From assembly GCA_965113315.1 (NCBI GenBank), contig OZ220363.1: a DNA stretch of 64,000 nucleotides; one strand, 5' to 3'. Shown here piece by piece: positions 13,147 through 26,796 of the stretch. The notes under the pieces were generated by a model that ran no database searches, was not told the DNA's origin, and worked only from the letters and a program-made list of their open reading frames with translations. How positions within the stretch are numbered: position 1 is the stretch's first letter; each line of letters begins with the position of its first letter. The position numbers and the translations under genes were made by a program. Source of the DNA: Podarcis vaucheri. Lineage: Eukaryota.

Positions 13147-14044
13147 CTGCCTTTGATAAGGAGATAGCCTTGTGCTGTGAGTCAGGGCAGTCTTAGGGCT
13201 TTAGAAGGCATTTTTTTGCAGCAGCCAAGAATTAAGGGTCCATTTTTGTGAGTATGGAACAATTGCCTCAAATCAAACATCAGTGTCTTTTTTATTGTTC
13301 AGTTGCAGTTCAAGAGATAGGTGACAGACAGCTACAATGATTCCGAATAGCTTGAGACATTATACACAACACACTGCTCTGGTCTGAAATCTGAGTGTCC
13401 TGATGACTGCTTTGTTACTTGTGGTACTTTGAAAAGCTAGCTGGGAACAGAAACTCACAAGGAGCTTTCCAGGGAGTTTCATGAGCCTCATGACAAAGCT
13501 CACTACAGATACGCAATTCCCAAGGGGCATGGGAACACCCTCTGCTGCCCATGGCAGCTGCTTTTAGACCAATCGGAAAGCTACTTGATCAAATACCATC
13601 CATTAATTATAAAGGGCGAGTCTGTAACTCAAGAGGGGTAAAGCTTAGTGCCAGGGAACAGGAGGGGAAGGTAACACAGCCAACCTGGTTACTTGCACAC
13701 TTAGGATCTTCTCTTTCCCTAATCTCTGACATGGAGCTTAATCGGAGTCAGGACTCACCTCTAGAATCAGTTTTCTACCTAAGAGTTTTTTAAAGAGAAA
13801 TAATTGGACTGCCTCTGAGCATGAAGATTATTCCCATATTAGAAAAGGTGGATTCCAGCTAAGAGATGAGATGTGCTTTGAGCATATTTTAGAAATTAAG
13901 CACTGATCACATCCACTGTAGCTTTGGAAGCATGACCTATTCAAGAAGGCAACTAGGAAGGCACTGTAACTAGGAAGTTTTGTATATGTATATGTAATAT
14001 ATGACCTTATCACCAAGATGTGGCCTTTCCCCCAAAGTTCCATA

Positions 14045-14286
14045 AAGTGGTACCTCAGGTTAAGTACTTAATTCGTTCCGGAGGTCCGTTCTTAATCTGA
14101 AACTGTTCTTAACCTGAAGCACCACTTTAGCTAATGGGGCCTCCTGCTGCCGCCGCGCTGCTGGAGCATGATTTCTGTTCTCATCCTGAAGCAAAGTTCT
14201 TAACCAGAAGCACTATTTCTGGGTTAGCGGAGTCTGTAAGCTGAAGCATATGTAACCTGAAGCGTATGTAACCCGATGTACCACTG
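14045..14286. mobile_element. Tc1/mariner-type MITE, family A copy 2
   Basis: TIRs and TA flanks; same orientation as copy 1. Confidence 0.88.
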
Positions 14287-15110
14287 TACTTGCTTTTGGA
14301 TGCTAGTGGGCAAATTTTAGGACTTGCAATACTGTTGCTCAGTTCAGGATGTAGTGTCACTTGGGTAATGCATTCAGAAAATTGTACTACTATTTTTGGG
14401 AGTGAAAGGAAAAGCAAAATAAAGGTCATTAAGAGCTTTCTACATTCATGTGCTATTAATGCATTAAGTAACAAATACACAGTGGTTGCTGCAACAAATC
14501 ATCCATGTATCTATTAAAAAATAACAAAGTAAATACTGGGCCGAAGCCAACATTGTGTGAGCAGAAGGCTGTTTGGCTTGTACATGGGCAGTGTTGGATA
14601 CAATCCATTGAAAATTAATTAGCAAATGTTATGAGAAATCTTTGCAGTCAGCTGTGATAAACAAGCACATGTTGTGAACACATGTATGCACCCAGTTTAT
14701 GTCATACGGTTAAGGTGACAATCCAGAACCTTAACATCAATGGACATTTTGCCAGTGGCTAGAGTGGGATGTGACTGTACCTTTACTTTGGAAACATACT
14801 TCATTCCAGCCTGCTGTCCCCTTAAGCACTGGAATCCCAACTCTCGTAGTGCCTTACGTTATGAGAAGGATTAAGCTTTCGGCAGCACCCACTGCTGTTG
14901 TATTAACTGAACATTTCATTGCTATTCTTGGTAACAAAAACGACAAGATTCTTAGGTCTTGGCCAGGTGCCTGCAGAAGCGATCCAGTGGCAAGACAGAA
15001 CCCAGAACAGATGATCCATGAAATGCCATTCTGATTGGAACAAATTCAGCTTGCTGGCCAGGATACAGTCTACAAGCCTATGGGTATTGTATTCCATAAT
15101 TCTGCAAGGC

Positions 15111-15325
15111 AAGGGCATAATGTGGTGGTACAGTGTTGGACCCAGGAGACCAGGGTTCAAATCCCCACCCAGCCATGCTGCTTGCTGGCTGACCTGGGCC
15201 AATCACAGTCTCTCAGCCTAACCTACCTCCCAGGGTTGTTGTGAGGATACAATGGAGATGGGGGAGGAAAATGTATGCTAACCTCAAGCTTCTTGGAGGA
15301 AAGGTGGGATATAAATGCAATAATC
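15111..15325 (+). mobile_element. Squam3-like tRNA-derived SINE
   Basis: B-box GGTTCAAATCC; core ctctcagcctaacctacctc; ggaggaaaggtgggatataaat tail. Confidence 0.75.
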
Positions 15326-16317
15326 ATAAAATTATTTTTTTATTATGCTGAATCCTATTTATTTTAGCATATTGAAGATTCAGGTAACATTTTTATATAG
15401 ATCACCACCAATCTTCTTTGACTTGCCTAGTCATAAATTAACATACCAAAAAGGCCATATTGTAAGAGATGTATTTAAGAGTACGCTTGTTGTTTCTCTT
15501 ACACCCTTCCTAATCTATATATCTTGCTCTGAACGTTAAGGATGCTCAGAACAGATCACATGGGAAGCCAGAAGTAGCTCTCAAGCAGACATTATTACAC
15601 TGGCCAATATCTGCTCAACTTTAACAATGGCACTTCATACCTTCCCAGCTATTCACTTTTATCTCTTTCTCAGATCACACTGGTCCATCTTCTGCAAACC
15701 AGAACATTCAAATTATTTAAAGATCTTGCTAAAAGTATGCCATACTCCCTTTATGTCTGTGATGCAGTGAAGAATATTTTATTGTACTCTTTTTGTCACC
15801 TGCTTAAAACATTTTGTTAAGGCAACGCTATCCAGACATCTAGTTGTTTTGATCTCTTTTACTGTTCATTTTAATTATTTTAAAATGTTTTCAATGGTTT
15901 TAAATTTATCGATAATTTTAATATTTCTTGAAAACCGCTTAGGGGTTTTATTGCACTCAAACGGTATATATATTTTGTTTAAAAAGTGACACTATGCTCT
16001 TGAACCATGGTTCTCAAAATAAAGCAGAGTTGCCAAGCAGAAGCATGTGACTCCACCTTGGTTTACCAATATAGGCTATATGTGCCACACACACACACGT
16101 TGTGAACTGCTACCCAGCATAGTGACACTCACTCCAACCCAACAGCTAAGGGCTCTCTGGGCAAAAAGCACAGCTCTCTCAACTGGAGGGAAATGCTATA
16201 TTGCCCAGTGATAAAAGGCTTTGAGAGGACATTTTTGGTAATGTCTACAACGCTCCCTGCCATTCTTCCAAACAATTATTTTAAGTCAAAGAGGATCCAG
16301 ATTCATTTGGCTTATTT

Positions 16318-16323
16318 TTTATT
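16318..16323 (-). terminator. Candidate distal poly(A) signal of CNOT9
   Basis: AATAAA on the minus strand after a repeat-free, UTR-like stretch. Confidence 0.5.
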
Positions 16324-17419
16324 CAAGTTACAAAACAGAAAGCAGTTGGTAAAGTCCACTCAAGGCAGGGATGGATAAAACAAGGCTGTTATAAAACGGA
16401 GCCGCTGTAAGAGCAAAAGCAGTCCATGGAGAGGGAAGAGTTAAGACACCCTTGGCATGGCATGGCCAGCCATCAACAAAGAAAAGAGAGGAAACGGAAG
16501 ATAGGTTCCTACCCAAAACAGCAGCAGGTGCTGAGGCCAAGGGATCTGGCAAGGGACCAGAAGCCACCTGCTCCCGGCCTTGTTGTGCAACTGACAAACA
16601 GCTTGGATGATTTCCCCTTCCCTCCCCTTCTTTTCGTTTGCTTCTCTCATTTAGAGGGCAGGGGAGAAGATGTCTCTGCTGACTGCTTAATAGCTCCTCA
16701 TCCATCGCAGACGCCAACAAACAGGAGCAGGTTCAAGGTGATAAATTGGATGCACTTAGCCTGGTAGCAAGGGAAGGATAAGATAAAGAGCATGAGAGCC
16801 CTTGCGTTTTGCAGCCATTATGCTTTCCAGCACTAGCCAGCAAGGCTGAAATACCTGCAGCCTTTACCGACTGCCTGAAATAGCTCTCGGTCCCTGTCTG
16901 TTTTGTTCACACTTAGAGTTAACCCTACCCTAACCAGAGGCATGGGCTGCTACAAAGTGGAAGGCCACATGGCTTGCCGGCCATGGCATCCATGCAACAA
17001 CTTTCTCCTCTGGCACAGTTTGAATGCTGAAGGAATGTTTTGGTGGCATTCTGGATCTTACTGACTAGGTGGTGGAGGATCATCCATAGAGCATTTGACA
17101 CTGGTTCAAATATAGTCACAGAGGCAGGGACTGTTCTAATGTGTGGCCAAAGGAATGGAGTCCAGGAAGTCTCTGCCTTCTGACATACCAGGAAAAATCC
17201 TTTAAGAACCTGTGGATATACTATGTTATTACCCCTCTCCCAATCCCCCCGAGATTGGGCTTCAGCCCCAAAGGCTGAACTTTTTTTTTAAAAGGATCAG
17301 TGGGGCTCCTCTTATGAAAGCGCAATTCCCAGCTGGGAAAAGGGAAACAGGCCTCCTCTGCTTAGAGCTAGATTCAGCTCAAAAGGTACGCCTAAGAGGG
17401 TCAAATGATCAGACCAACC

Positions 17420-17425
17420 TTTATT
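17420..17425 (-). terminator. Candidate proximal poly(A) signal of CNOT9
   Basis: AATAAA on the minus strand about 360 nt after the stop. Confidence 0.5.
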
Positions 17426-17786
17426 GAACTTACATGTAAACACTGAATAACAAAGAAACTGAGGAATACTTCCCAAGCCTGCCGCACTGAACCAGAAAGG
17501 GAGATACGCCATTGGTAGCAGCACTGCCCAGCTTGGTACTCAACTGATCATCGCAACAAAGCCCACACCCTAAAAGAGGGCTTCACTGTCCCAACTGTGT
17601 TTGCTGGTGTCATAATCCTCAGAGGCATGGTGAACGTTGCTATAGAAAGGGCCTGCAGTCCAGGTAGCTACTGACAGTCCAAGGAGCTGCCCAACCATGC
17701 CTGACGGGATCTGGAAGAGGTCATTGGTTCCTGGCTCTCTGTAAACCTGAGCTGTTTCCTCCTGGGTTCTGCCACCTCCTTGGCTG

Positions 17787-17955
17787 TCACTGCGGAGGAA
17801 GGGGGATGCCCCTGGGGTCGGTGACTTGGCCTTCCTGCAGATTCTTGACCAGCTGTGCCAGCCAACGCTTGGTGGTAGTATCGTCTTTCAGAACCTGGGC
17901 AAAGGTGGTGTCTTTCAGCTGGTCAGGAAGGCACTGCCTGAGGGCTTCCCGTGCC
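17787..17955 (-). CDS. CNOT9: CNOT9 exon 8 coding part ([15 protein letters not shown]...GIPLPPQ*)
   Basis: 169 nt ending in TGA at 17789-17787. Confidence 0.97.
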
Positions 17956-20900
17956 CTACATCAGGAGACAAGAAAGAGGGGGGCCAACAAATAAACTCAC
18001 ATGGACAAGAGGGGAGCAAGCCCCCCTCTTGAATACTTAAGGCTACAATTGCTGTATCAGAAGCACTTTGTATCAGAAGCATCTACACATACCTGCAGGG
18101 TACAACCATATTCTTTATACCAGGGGTGGCTAAACTGTGGCGCCACAGACATTTGCTGGAGTACAACTCACAGCATCCCTGACCACTGGCTATGCTAACT
18201 GACACTGATGGAGGTTGGAGTCCAATGACATTTGGAGGCCACAGGATAGTCACTTCAACTCCATACGCTATCCTGCATCTTCTCCACCCTGACCAATGGA
18301 GTCAGAATGTGACTTATGAAGGAAGATTAATGACTTGCCTAATGTTAGGCATCCAGAGCAGTTAAGCACATGATGACTGCTGGCTGGCTGGCTTAATAAA
18401 CACAGACATTTTTGCAGTTAAGAGATTGAAGAGGAAAAGATTATACTCTCATAATTACTGTCAATACATGTTCCTGAACAGTGAGAAGACTCTGGTGCTA
18501 AAACAAGTTTGCTTAAATAAGTATAATCTTACATGATCTTGCTTCAGTCTTCAGAATCTTGATGAGGCGGTCAGAAAAAACTACTTGGACTTTAAGCTCC
18601 TGGCATTTATTGTAAGAATTGCCAGGTTATGTTGATTTGCTCTGGAGATACAGAAGGAGCTGGATCCCCATCCTGGCACTGCAAAGTGCAACTGTCCCTG
18701 GTTCTGCAGCACAACACCAACCTGCACCCCACCCCTATCAGGAGATCCCAAGAAACTTCTAAGGTGTCTACCTTGGATTATCAGAAAGGCGGAGGTAACA
18801 ACGGACCACATGTTTCAGCAGCCTGGCAGAAGGCTCCTTGGAAAGCTGCAGGACCATTTTACCCTGGTTTAAAAACAGAGAATTTAGAACAAGGACATTT
18901 GCTGGTTAAGTATGTATAACAGCATTTGTTCACATTTATCCCTTGTTACCTTTTGCTACTCCTCATCCCCACCCTAGTTTAATTTAGATTGTAAAGTATA
19001 AGCTCCTAAAAAGCAAGGCAAATGTCTGGAAAGCTAATTCTGTCTCTAATATGTCTCACCCCATGAAACACTGTCAAGCATTAGCAGTGACTTGCTCCTC
19101 AGGTGTTGGAGAACCAATCTCCTCAAAAATGGGAGTGCTTTCACACAGCCATAACACCATGAATTGTGTTGCTATGTAATGCTCTAGCATATTTCTTCCT
19201 TGAGATTAGAAGTATGAAGAGGTGGCCCTGTTGTTATGATTAGACGTGACTACTACAAAGATCCAAATTACATTCACTACACTTTCCACCAAACAGCATT
19301 TAGCTCCTCTAAATGCAGGAGCAATGCTGAGTTACCAAGCCCTTTACAATCAAAGCCACATACCAATATCATTGCAACGTGAGAAAATCGTTCGTAAGTC
19401 TGACAGATATAAGCCAACCCCGTATCATCCAATAAGATCTTTTGTAGAATAAAAGTAGCAACCTGAAAGACAGAAAAGAATAGGGTTGAACAAACGCTTG
19501 AATTGCAGACTGTGCAGGATTAGGGTGGGATGTCGTATTACCAAAAACTCAGGAGAAGACCTATGAGAAGAGATTTTGCCCACTATGAAACCAAATGAAA
19601 ACCTCATATAGCACTGACAAGAGGAGAAGCAGGTAATGAAATTATCTATCTTGGTGCTAGAAACTAAAATTTTATTGATCCTGTTGACCAGAGGAAGAAA
19701 CCTGCTTAAGTTTTGCAGACAAATGGTGACAGGTTGGTGGCTAGATAAAATTAATAACCTAATGAAGAGTGACAGATGCATAAAGGTGTGACTAGGAATA
19801 AACTGACTTGTGAGTGTGACATAAAAGATGCTAAGGATCTTGAGAAGCACACAGGCACCACCTGCAGGCTTCTCAAATAACTGATACTGGGACGGCACTT
19901 ACACAATAATAGATCCTTTTCATACAGTTGCTGGAAAAAGTACAGCAGAGTTGCAGCAAGAAATGAGTACAAAAGCACCTTGGGTGAGAAACTGCACAAA
20001 AAGAGAATAAATGTCCTATCCAGCTTTCCTCTCATAATAGTGTTTTGAAAGAGGCAGCCAATCATGACAATTTGAAGTGGGTACATCTGCAATCACTCCT
20101 CAGAGAAACAGCCAGCTAACCTCAGATGGAGAAGTCTGCTGCATGCAGGAACATGATGCATTGGAAAGTAAAGAGAAAACAGTCAAGAAACTAGAACCAC
20201 TTCATTACACTAAAAGCAATACCGTTTTGGAAAGTTCGCTGCCAGACTCCATGATGCGTAAGCACAAAGGGATAATTTCCGTTGTCAGTAAGAAGTTGAT
20301 TACTTCTTGCTCATCTGTCTTCACCAGGGCCCCTTTGAAATATAAGCAAAAAAACCCAAACTGCTTCATATAATTTTGCAAAGGCCTAACAGAAACATGC
20401 ATATAGGAAACAACCAGGGCTAACAGAAAATCAGTGCAGTCTGGAGAAGAAGTGGGAAATTACTGGATAAGCACATGGTTGAGCTCCCAAGAACCCAGGA
20501 GCAAATACTAAGGATTATTATTTTATTGAAGCAGCAGCCTTTTAACCTTTCCTCCACCAATCACAAATTCCTCCTTTAGCCAATGAAATATCTAAAGCCT
20601 TTTATACTCTTACCTATAGAACAGCAATTCCATCTGTCATGCTTGCCAAGGCAAGTACAGCACTACCTTGTGACAAGTATGACAAGCAGCCAGTCATGCT
20701 TTCCATTGTGAAGCTGCAGCGGCGGGCAGAGATTGCTCTGACAGTTGTGCTGTGATCTCTGCCTTCTCTCCAGCTCCAAGGTTCAGAGGAAAGGTGAGAG
20801 TTGTTGGACAGTGGCATGGCTGAATGTTACTGCTGCAAGATGCTCTGTGCATCTTACAATTGTGGTATCCAACTGGCTGCTCTTCTTACTGATGCTTCAC

Positions 20901-23900
20901 TCACAAAAGACAGATGGGGGGGGGCACTGTTCTGCAATGGTGCTAGGATGCTTTTAAGCAGTGGTACTCAAGCCAGACTACTCTCCTTGCACCGTGTGTG
21001 TGGTTTACCAGGGTAGGATGGGTGTGAGGGAGGTTGGCAACTACAAGTTTTGGATTGTCCAGCAAAGTTAATCATGAAGACCAGTGAACATAATACATTC
21101 AACTTTTTTAACTCATTGGGTTCAATCACCCAAAGAGATGCTGCTATGATCTTAATAGAGCTGCTAGCCCTGTCAGCTGGCTAGGAGCCCGTGTAGCTGC
21201 TTCTGCATTGGCTGGCTATGTGGCTTCTCAATGCCAATAAAAAGGCAGCTTGTTGCATGCTGCACCAAATAAAGCTTCCTGAAAAATTTCTGATGAGGTT
21301 ACAATACACAGTTGCAAGTACTAACCATTACATCTATGAGCACACTGAAGTTGTGTGCAGTATTTGATTGGATAGATAGGATGTGCATCAGTAATGATCC
21401 CTTCAGTGTTCTAGGATCCCCAGCCCTGCTATTTCCATCTTTCCTTAAGGTAATTTGGGAGAATGAGACTGGAAATTTGTCATTCATCCGAGGATCACAG
21501 GGTGATTTACAATATAAAAACACAAATATACATAACTTTGAATTGGGCCCAGGACTGGTGTACTTCCCAGAATCCCAGATGTTAACAACAGTAAAGAGGA
21601 ACAACATGGAAATTATTTCTAGAAATGAGAGTCTGCTACATGATTCTCTATTTCTCTGGAATGTTAGAATTCCCTCTTTTACAATGCATGGCTAAGTCTC
21701 AGAAGAGTTCAAATCAGATCAAAACCCTTTTCTGACCTACAAACTGATGAGGACCTACCATTCCCAGGATCACAGTCACTTACCAATTACTCCAAGACTT
21801 GTGAGTCGTAGGTACTCGAAGGGTCGAGTCTTGCTGACAGTGTGCAAGAAGGGATACAAGAAGAGAGGGATGTGAGCAGCAAGGAAGGCTGATCTAGACA
21901 AAGGAAGAAAAAAGCATTTAGAATGTGTCTTTTGGATATTTGCTTACACAGAGTTACTTTGTGAAGGCTAGGGAACTGAATTAGGACCTCACCTTTAGAA
22001 AGAGAAGAAATATGAGGAAATATGCCTGTAAAACTAGTTTTCTTACTGACAAACTGACCAGTAAGACAGGCAGCTTGACTGTTTTATTCACTGAGTTGGC
22101 TCAAGTCACTAATGCACTCTAAAAACAGTGTAAAAACTAGCAAGTTACAGATACCATGTGCTTCTAATGTATGGTGTGGATGTGACTGAGAATATAGTTC
22201 TGTTGACATACAGAGCCCTGCAGATAAAGAGGCTTGGCGGCAGCATATTTTCTCTAGTCTGGGCATATACCACACTAACCAAAAGTTATTTTTTCCAGAG
22301 ATCCAATACACTCGAGTATATTAACCTTGTTTCTGGATGCGATGCAACACACTGCAGAAGTGCCAGAGCATTGCAGACTCTGTTGGACTGATGAGCTGTC
22401 AAAGTTGGTGGATTTATAGATGGATAGATATTTACAATTTCCTATGAAAGAAAGAAAACAGGAAATATTTGTGTGAAAATTTTCCCACACATTTAAGCAC
22501 GCCAATATTCAGAGTCAAAATCCTCCCACTAATTACTTGTGATTGATTGATTAATGTCTGTTTGATAGAATTTCTGCCCCTACACTAAGAGCACAGAGCT
22601 AGCTACAAAAGCTGTAACATATCAGACAGGAACTAAAATACATATGCCCCAATAAGATGTCCTTACTTGGGTGGCTCAAGTTCTTCATTGCCATCTTCTA
22701 TTGTTCCAAACTTTTATTAGGCCAAGAGACAGAATTTCAAAACCCTCAGTATCTCAAGACTTTCAGAAAGACATCTAGCAGATTGCTTGCAAGAGTCTAG
22801 CAAGCTATTTCAGTTAAAAGTAACATGCTACCCACCTGTAAGAGAGCTGCAATTGTACCAAAAGAGTGCCACAACATTGGTGCGAGATCAGGGACAGACT
22901 CTCGCTTTTTACTCAGCTCCAACAGTGCATTCTCACGAGTCTCTGGGCTGGAAAGCTCATTGATCCACTGATAAATCTTCTCTCGATCAACCTGAGCCAG
23001 TGCCGTTGGCACAGGCTTTAAAGGAAGACAAAGGGTTCAAGTCAAGGCCTTTGGTCCCAAGTCAAATCAGTCTAAACTGTAATACAACCTTGTACAAAAC
23101 TTGAAGGGTGATCAGGAGTGATTAGTAGACACTTCCAGGTAAACATAGTTGAGATTAAGTCCCACATATTTTAGTGGGACTTGCTTCTAGCCAAGGCACA
23201 GTAACAGCACAGGGGAAGGAATATGTCACAGCAGGGGGGGGGGAGTTGCCAGATGATAGTTCCATTGGTTTGTGTGTACTCACTGCAGCTGTGCAATCAT
23301 TTTACCATACTGCAGCAGCTGAATTATTAAAATCATCACTGTTAAATATAATAATAAATAAGTAAACGAAGTCGTTTGGGCACCAAACAAAAATAATATA
23401 GCACTTTAAAAATGACTATCAACAAAACTGGTTAATACAGCACAAAAGGCTACAAATCCATGACAACAAAAACAAAGCAGAGAATCAATACCAATTCAAC
23501 TTCAGCAACTATCATAAAGCAGTGGAGCATAAAAGCCTTCCATGCTCAAGATCTTGAGATATAGTCCCTCTCTCATAGCCACCACTCTTTATCTCGGTCT
23601 GCTCCAGATTAATTAATCCAAAACACTTCTGTGTATGGCTCTGCCTCTGCCCATTGCTGCTGCTACTTCTCACTCCCTCAATACCTGACAGAAAAAAGGT
23701 TGCCCACTCCTGCTTCAGGGGGGTGCAAAGTGATGATTAAAGTTAATAAATGAAATTGTCCTCTACTACTGCATCCAATAAGGAGTAGTAGTCCAAAGCA
23801 TTGCACACTTTTTCATCAGCTGTGCAAAAAATCCCTTGTTCAAAACTCTAGGGCTGCTCCACAGCAAATGAATCCTCAGTGCTTTGTGTCTGCTTTGTTA

Positions 23901-26796
23901 ACACATTCCTTCTATTATGGGACTCTGCTTTCTTTTGGGACTTTATTAAAGGCCCAACATCTCTTACCCAGAAAACTATTAGTGAAATAATTGTGTTTAA
24001 AATGGCTCATAGCGTCACCATGTTGAACAGTTGGCTCCAGTCACAGAACAATAGATTCAGGGAGAAATACAGGAGTGGAAAGTTGCAGGAAAGAAAGGCT
24101 GATAACACCCCATGATCCAACTGTGGCAGTTCAACACGAAGATCAGAGCCTGAAAATATGCTTTATCCGAGCAGCAGCACAAGAGACGAGCTTATCTTTC
24201 CATTACTTACAGAAATTCAGGCAACCACAGTAATAAAAAATTGAATATAAGCGACCTTTTTCAGGATAATTGCTACAGTATTGCTTTTGTAAGCTAGACA
24301 TTTCTAGTCACTTACTATTTCACTTGCCTTAAAGCATATGAAGGTACTTTGCAAAGGAAATTATTTTTATAGCCCTTCAAGAGGCCTCATTTCATAATTA
24401 CCTTCATGGTAAATGGAAAGATCTTTAAAATCATTTTTCCAGTGACAGATGCTGTAGTGGTGTGCCTACCCTATCCACAGTTCCAGAACTTCAGCATGAA
24501 TATGATAAAAATAAATGCACTAATTAGACTAAAGTCTGCTATTAAGACTGTCAAGACCTGAAAAAGTCAAGTGTTCACCATCTGAAGTAGCAGATCCACT
24601 TAAAACTACAGTAAGTATAATACAAGTAAGAAAATGCCTAAATATTATGTCAGACAGAAGTACTGCTTGTTAGTGGAGCTAGCACAAATTCTGTTTCACC
24701 TGAGTGAACTGTCAAAGACCAGAACTAGGTGAGACAGAGCTGCCACAAAAATCAGCAAACCTGTGTGAAGTTCTCTCTACCCTCCTACATAACATGATCA
24801 GCGATATGTATTGCAATATTATTCTATCCAAAGTTAGTCACACTCAGGACAGACACATTAAGGTTAGTGGGCATGGCTAACTTAGGCTCATAATTTTCAG
24901 TGGGTCTACTGAGTAGAACGTAGCTGGATACAATTCATTACATGTTTATTATTTTATTAATTTTATTTATTTAATTTCTATACCGTATTTCAATTTCTGT
25001 ACAATATAGAAAAGATAAGGAGGGTTTTAAGATGAAACTGCAGTTTTTAGAAGCAATTCCATGTTCTTCGTTATGTACAGTTTCACCCAAAGTTTATATA
25101 GTGTTTACTATATATGTTGAAAGCTGCCCAGACTGGCTGGGACAACCCAGTCAGATGGGCAGGGCACAACTAATTAAATTGGTATTATTATTATTATTAC
25201 TACTACTACTACTACTGGTGATTTTTACTGGGCAAAACCCATAAATACGTACTGAGCCAGAAGAGACAAACTACCTAAGTCAGCCTAGCAAAATAAATCA
25301 AGATATTTACATATCTCTACTTAGCAAGCAGCCTTAGAGTATTAAACTCAAAGCATACAAGCAAGTGCTCAAACTAAATCATTCTGGATTCATTCCCCTA
25401 CTGGTGTCTAGAAAGGAAACGTTGCACGGCATGTCCTGTGAAGATGCTGCAAAGGGGTACCTAGTTCTCTAATATGGGGTTTTAAAAAAACTTATTGATA
25501 ATTGCAATACTTACAAACACAAACCAGAACACTAAACAAACTTACTATACATAGATACATACAGCTCTCAACATAGATTACAAAAAAGAAAACAAACATA
25601 CAAACTAAACATAGACATAAATCTTGACTTCCCTCCACCTATGTTGCTTCCTTTGTTTCTTTTCTTCTTTTCGATGTTATCAGTATTATTTTTGACTATC
25701 TCATCTTATACCCATTTCTTCTTAATTTTTTACTCTGTAAGTTTCATCCATTGCATATTGATATATTAATACCAGAACAATGTTTTCCTTCACACAAGTC
25801 CACTCCTCTATCAGTTTTTGGTTTGGGGATTGGCCTCTTACCACTGCTCTAAGTCTTGCTGAGTCTATATATTCACAAAATCTTATTTGAGGGAGTTTTT
25901 CTCCCTTTCAATTTTTTGCTATAATCATTCTGGTTGCAGCAGTTGCATATAAGAAAACCTTTTTCCTGGTGGCAGGAATGTCAGTCAATATAATTCCCAA
26001 GAGGTATGCCACTAACCAAGTTATTTTACTTCCCGTTATCATCACCACTTGCCTCATTACAAGCAACGCACATGAGCCATGCCACTGTTAAATCAAAACA
26101 TGAATGAATGTCCCACGTGGAATTTTTGCATTTTAAGGCTGCAATCGTAAACACAGAGAGAAAAATCGAATTCAGCTCAGTGTGGGAGTTACTTTCACGC
26201 TAGCGCGGTTATAAATGGACTTCCCAGACAACAGATTAAAGAGAAGTAAATCTGTTTTGTGGCGGCACATTACTGCAGACGTGAAACTCTAGAAGAGAGA
26301 AGCAAGCCTTGTTGAGAGGCGCTTGAATGAGAGTGGTCGGGGTGCGCCTGTCAGGATACGTGTCTGTCTATATGCATCTGCATCCAGCCTCTCGAGCCAC
26401 TTTTTTATCCAGCAGCATTGAGCCATGGGCAATTAGGAACCCGCATAGATTAGCATATGGAAAACGCACACAAGTGACGCCTGGCTCATGCACAAGCACC
26501 TGAAGGGAGAAGCCTGCGGAGAAAGCTCCTTTTGCCTCCCCTTAGAGGACAGCAAAGGCCGCCGCCTCGCGCAGGAGGAAAGGCCGTTAGGAGATGCCCG
26601 TTCCTAAGGAGGGCAATTTGGCGGGAAAATAGAGCCCCGCCGTTCTGTGCCCCCCTCCCCATATCTCTCCGACCAATGAGGAGAGAGAGAGGGAGAGAGA
26701 AGGGGGAGGGTGCCTCTCACGCTTCTCAGCCAAGGCCCTCGTCGCCCTGCGTGGAAACGGCAAGCGACTTACCGCGGCCGTTGCCAAACTGTGCAT
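17787..26796 (-). CDS. CNOT9: CCR4-NOT subunit 9 (RQCD1/CAF40), full spliced CDS span, 8 exons, 299 aa
   Basis: Exon lengths 24+180+116+110+110+99+92+169=900 nt; all introns GT-AG and phase-compatible; protein [21 protein letters not shown]...[10 protein letters not shown] is essentially the vertebrate CNOT9 sequence. Confidence 0.98.
18121..18255. mobile_element. Old palindromic hAT-like MITE in CNOT9 intron 7
   Basis: CAGGGGTGGC end and an internal actacaactc/ggagtcc palindrome; relatives near 220, 4500, 11905, 48770 and 54113. Confidence 0.55.
18772..18863 (-). CDS. CNOT9: CNOT9 exon 7 ([18 protein letters not shown]...SDNPR)
   Basis: 92 nt, AG/GT flanks. Confidence 0.97.
19364..19462 (-). 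CDS. CNOT9: CNOT9 exon 6 ([15 protein letters not shown]...HVAMIL)
   Basis: 99 nt, AG/GT flanks. Confidence 0.97.
20223..20332 (-). CDS. CNOT9: CNOT9 exon 5 ([14 protein letters not shown]...SELSKT)
   Basis: 110 nt, AG/GT flanks. Confidence 0.97.
21784..21893 (-). CDS. CNOT9: CNOT9 exon 4 ([15 protein letters not shown]...LTSLGVI)
   Basis: 110 nt, AG/GTAAGT. Confidence 0.97.
22326..22441 (-). CDS. CNOT9: CNOT9 exon 3 ([14 protein letters not shown]...HPETR)
   Basis: 116 nt, AG/GT flanks. Confidence 0.97.
22836..23015 (-). CDS. CNOT9: CNOT9 exon 2 ([13 protein letters not shown]...IAALLQ)
   Basis: 180 nt, AG/GT flanks. Confidence 0.97.
25485..26003 (-). mobile_element. Degraded L1 3' end
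   Basis: Minus-strand LLGIILTD...[14 protein letters not shown] resembles the L1 peptide at 10281-10520. Confidence 0.65.
26773..26796 (-). CDS. CNOT9: CNOT9 coding exon 1 (MHSLATAA)
   Basis: accATG start; GTAAGT donor at 26772. Confidence 0.95.

Noticed and set aside
1-16000. PLCD4 coding exons expected by synteny
   Set aside because: No recognisable PH, EF-hand or X-Y domain peptide found; coding exons probably lie left of the window
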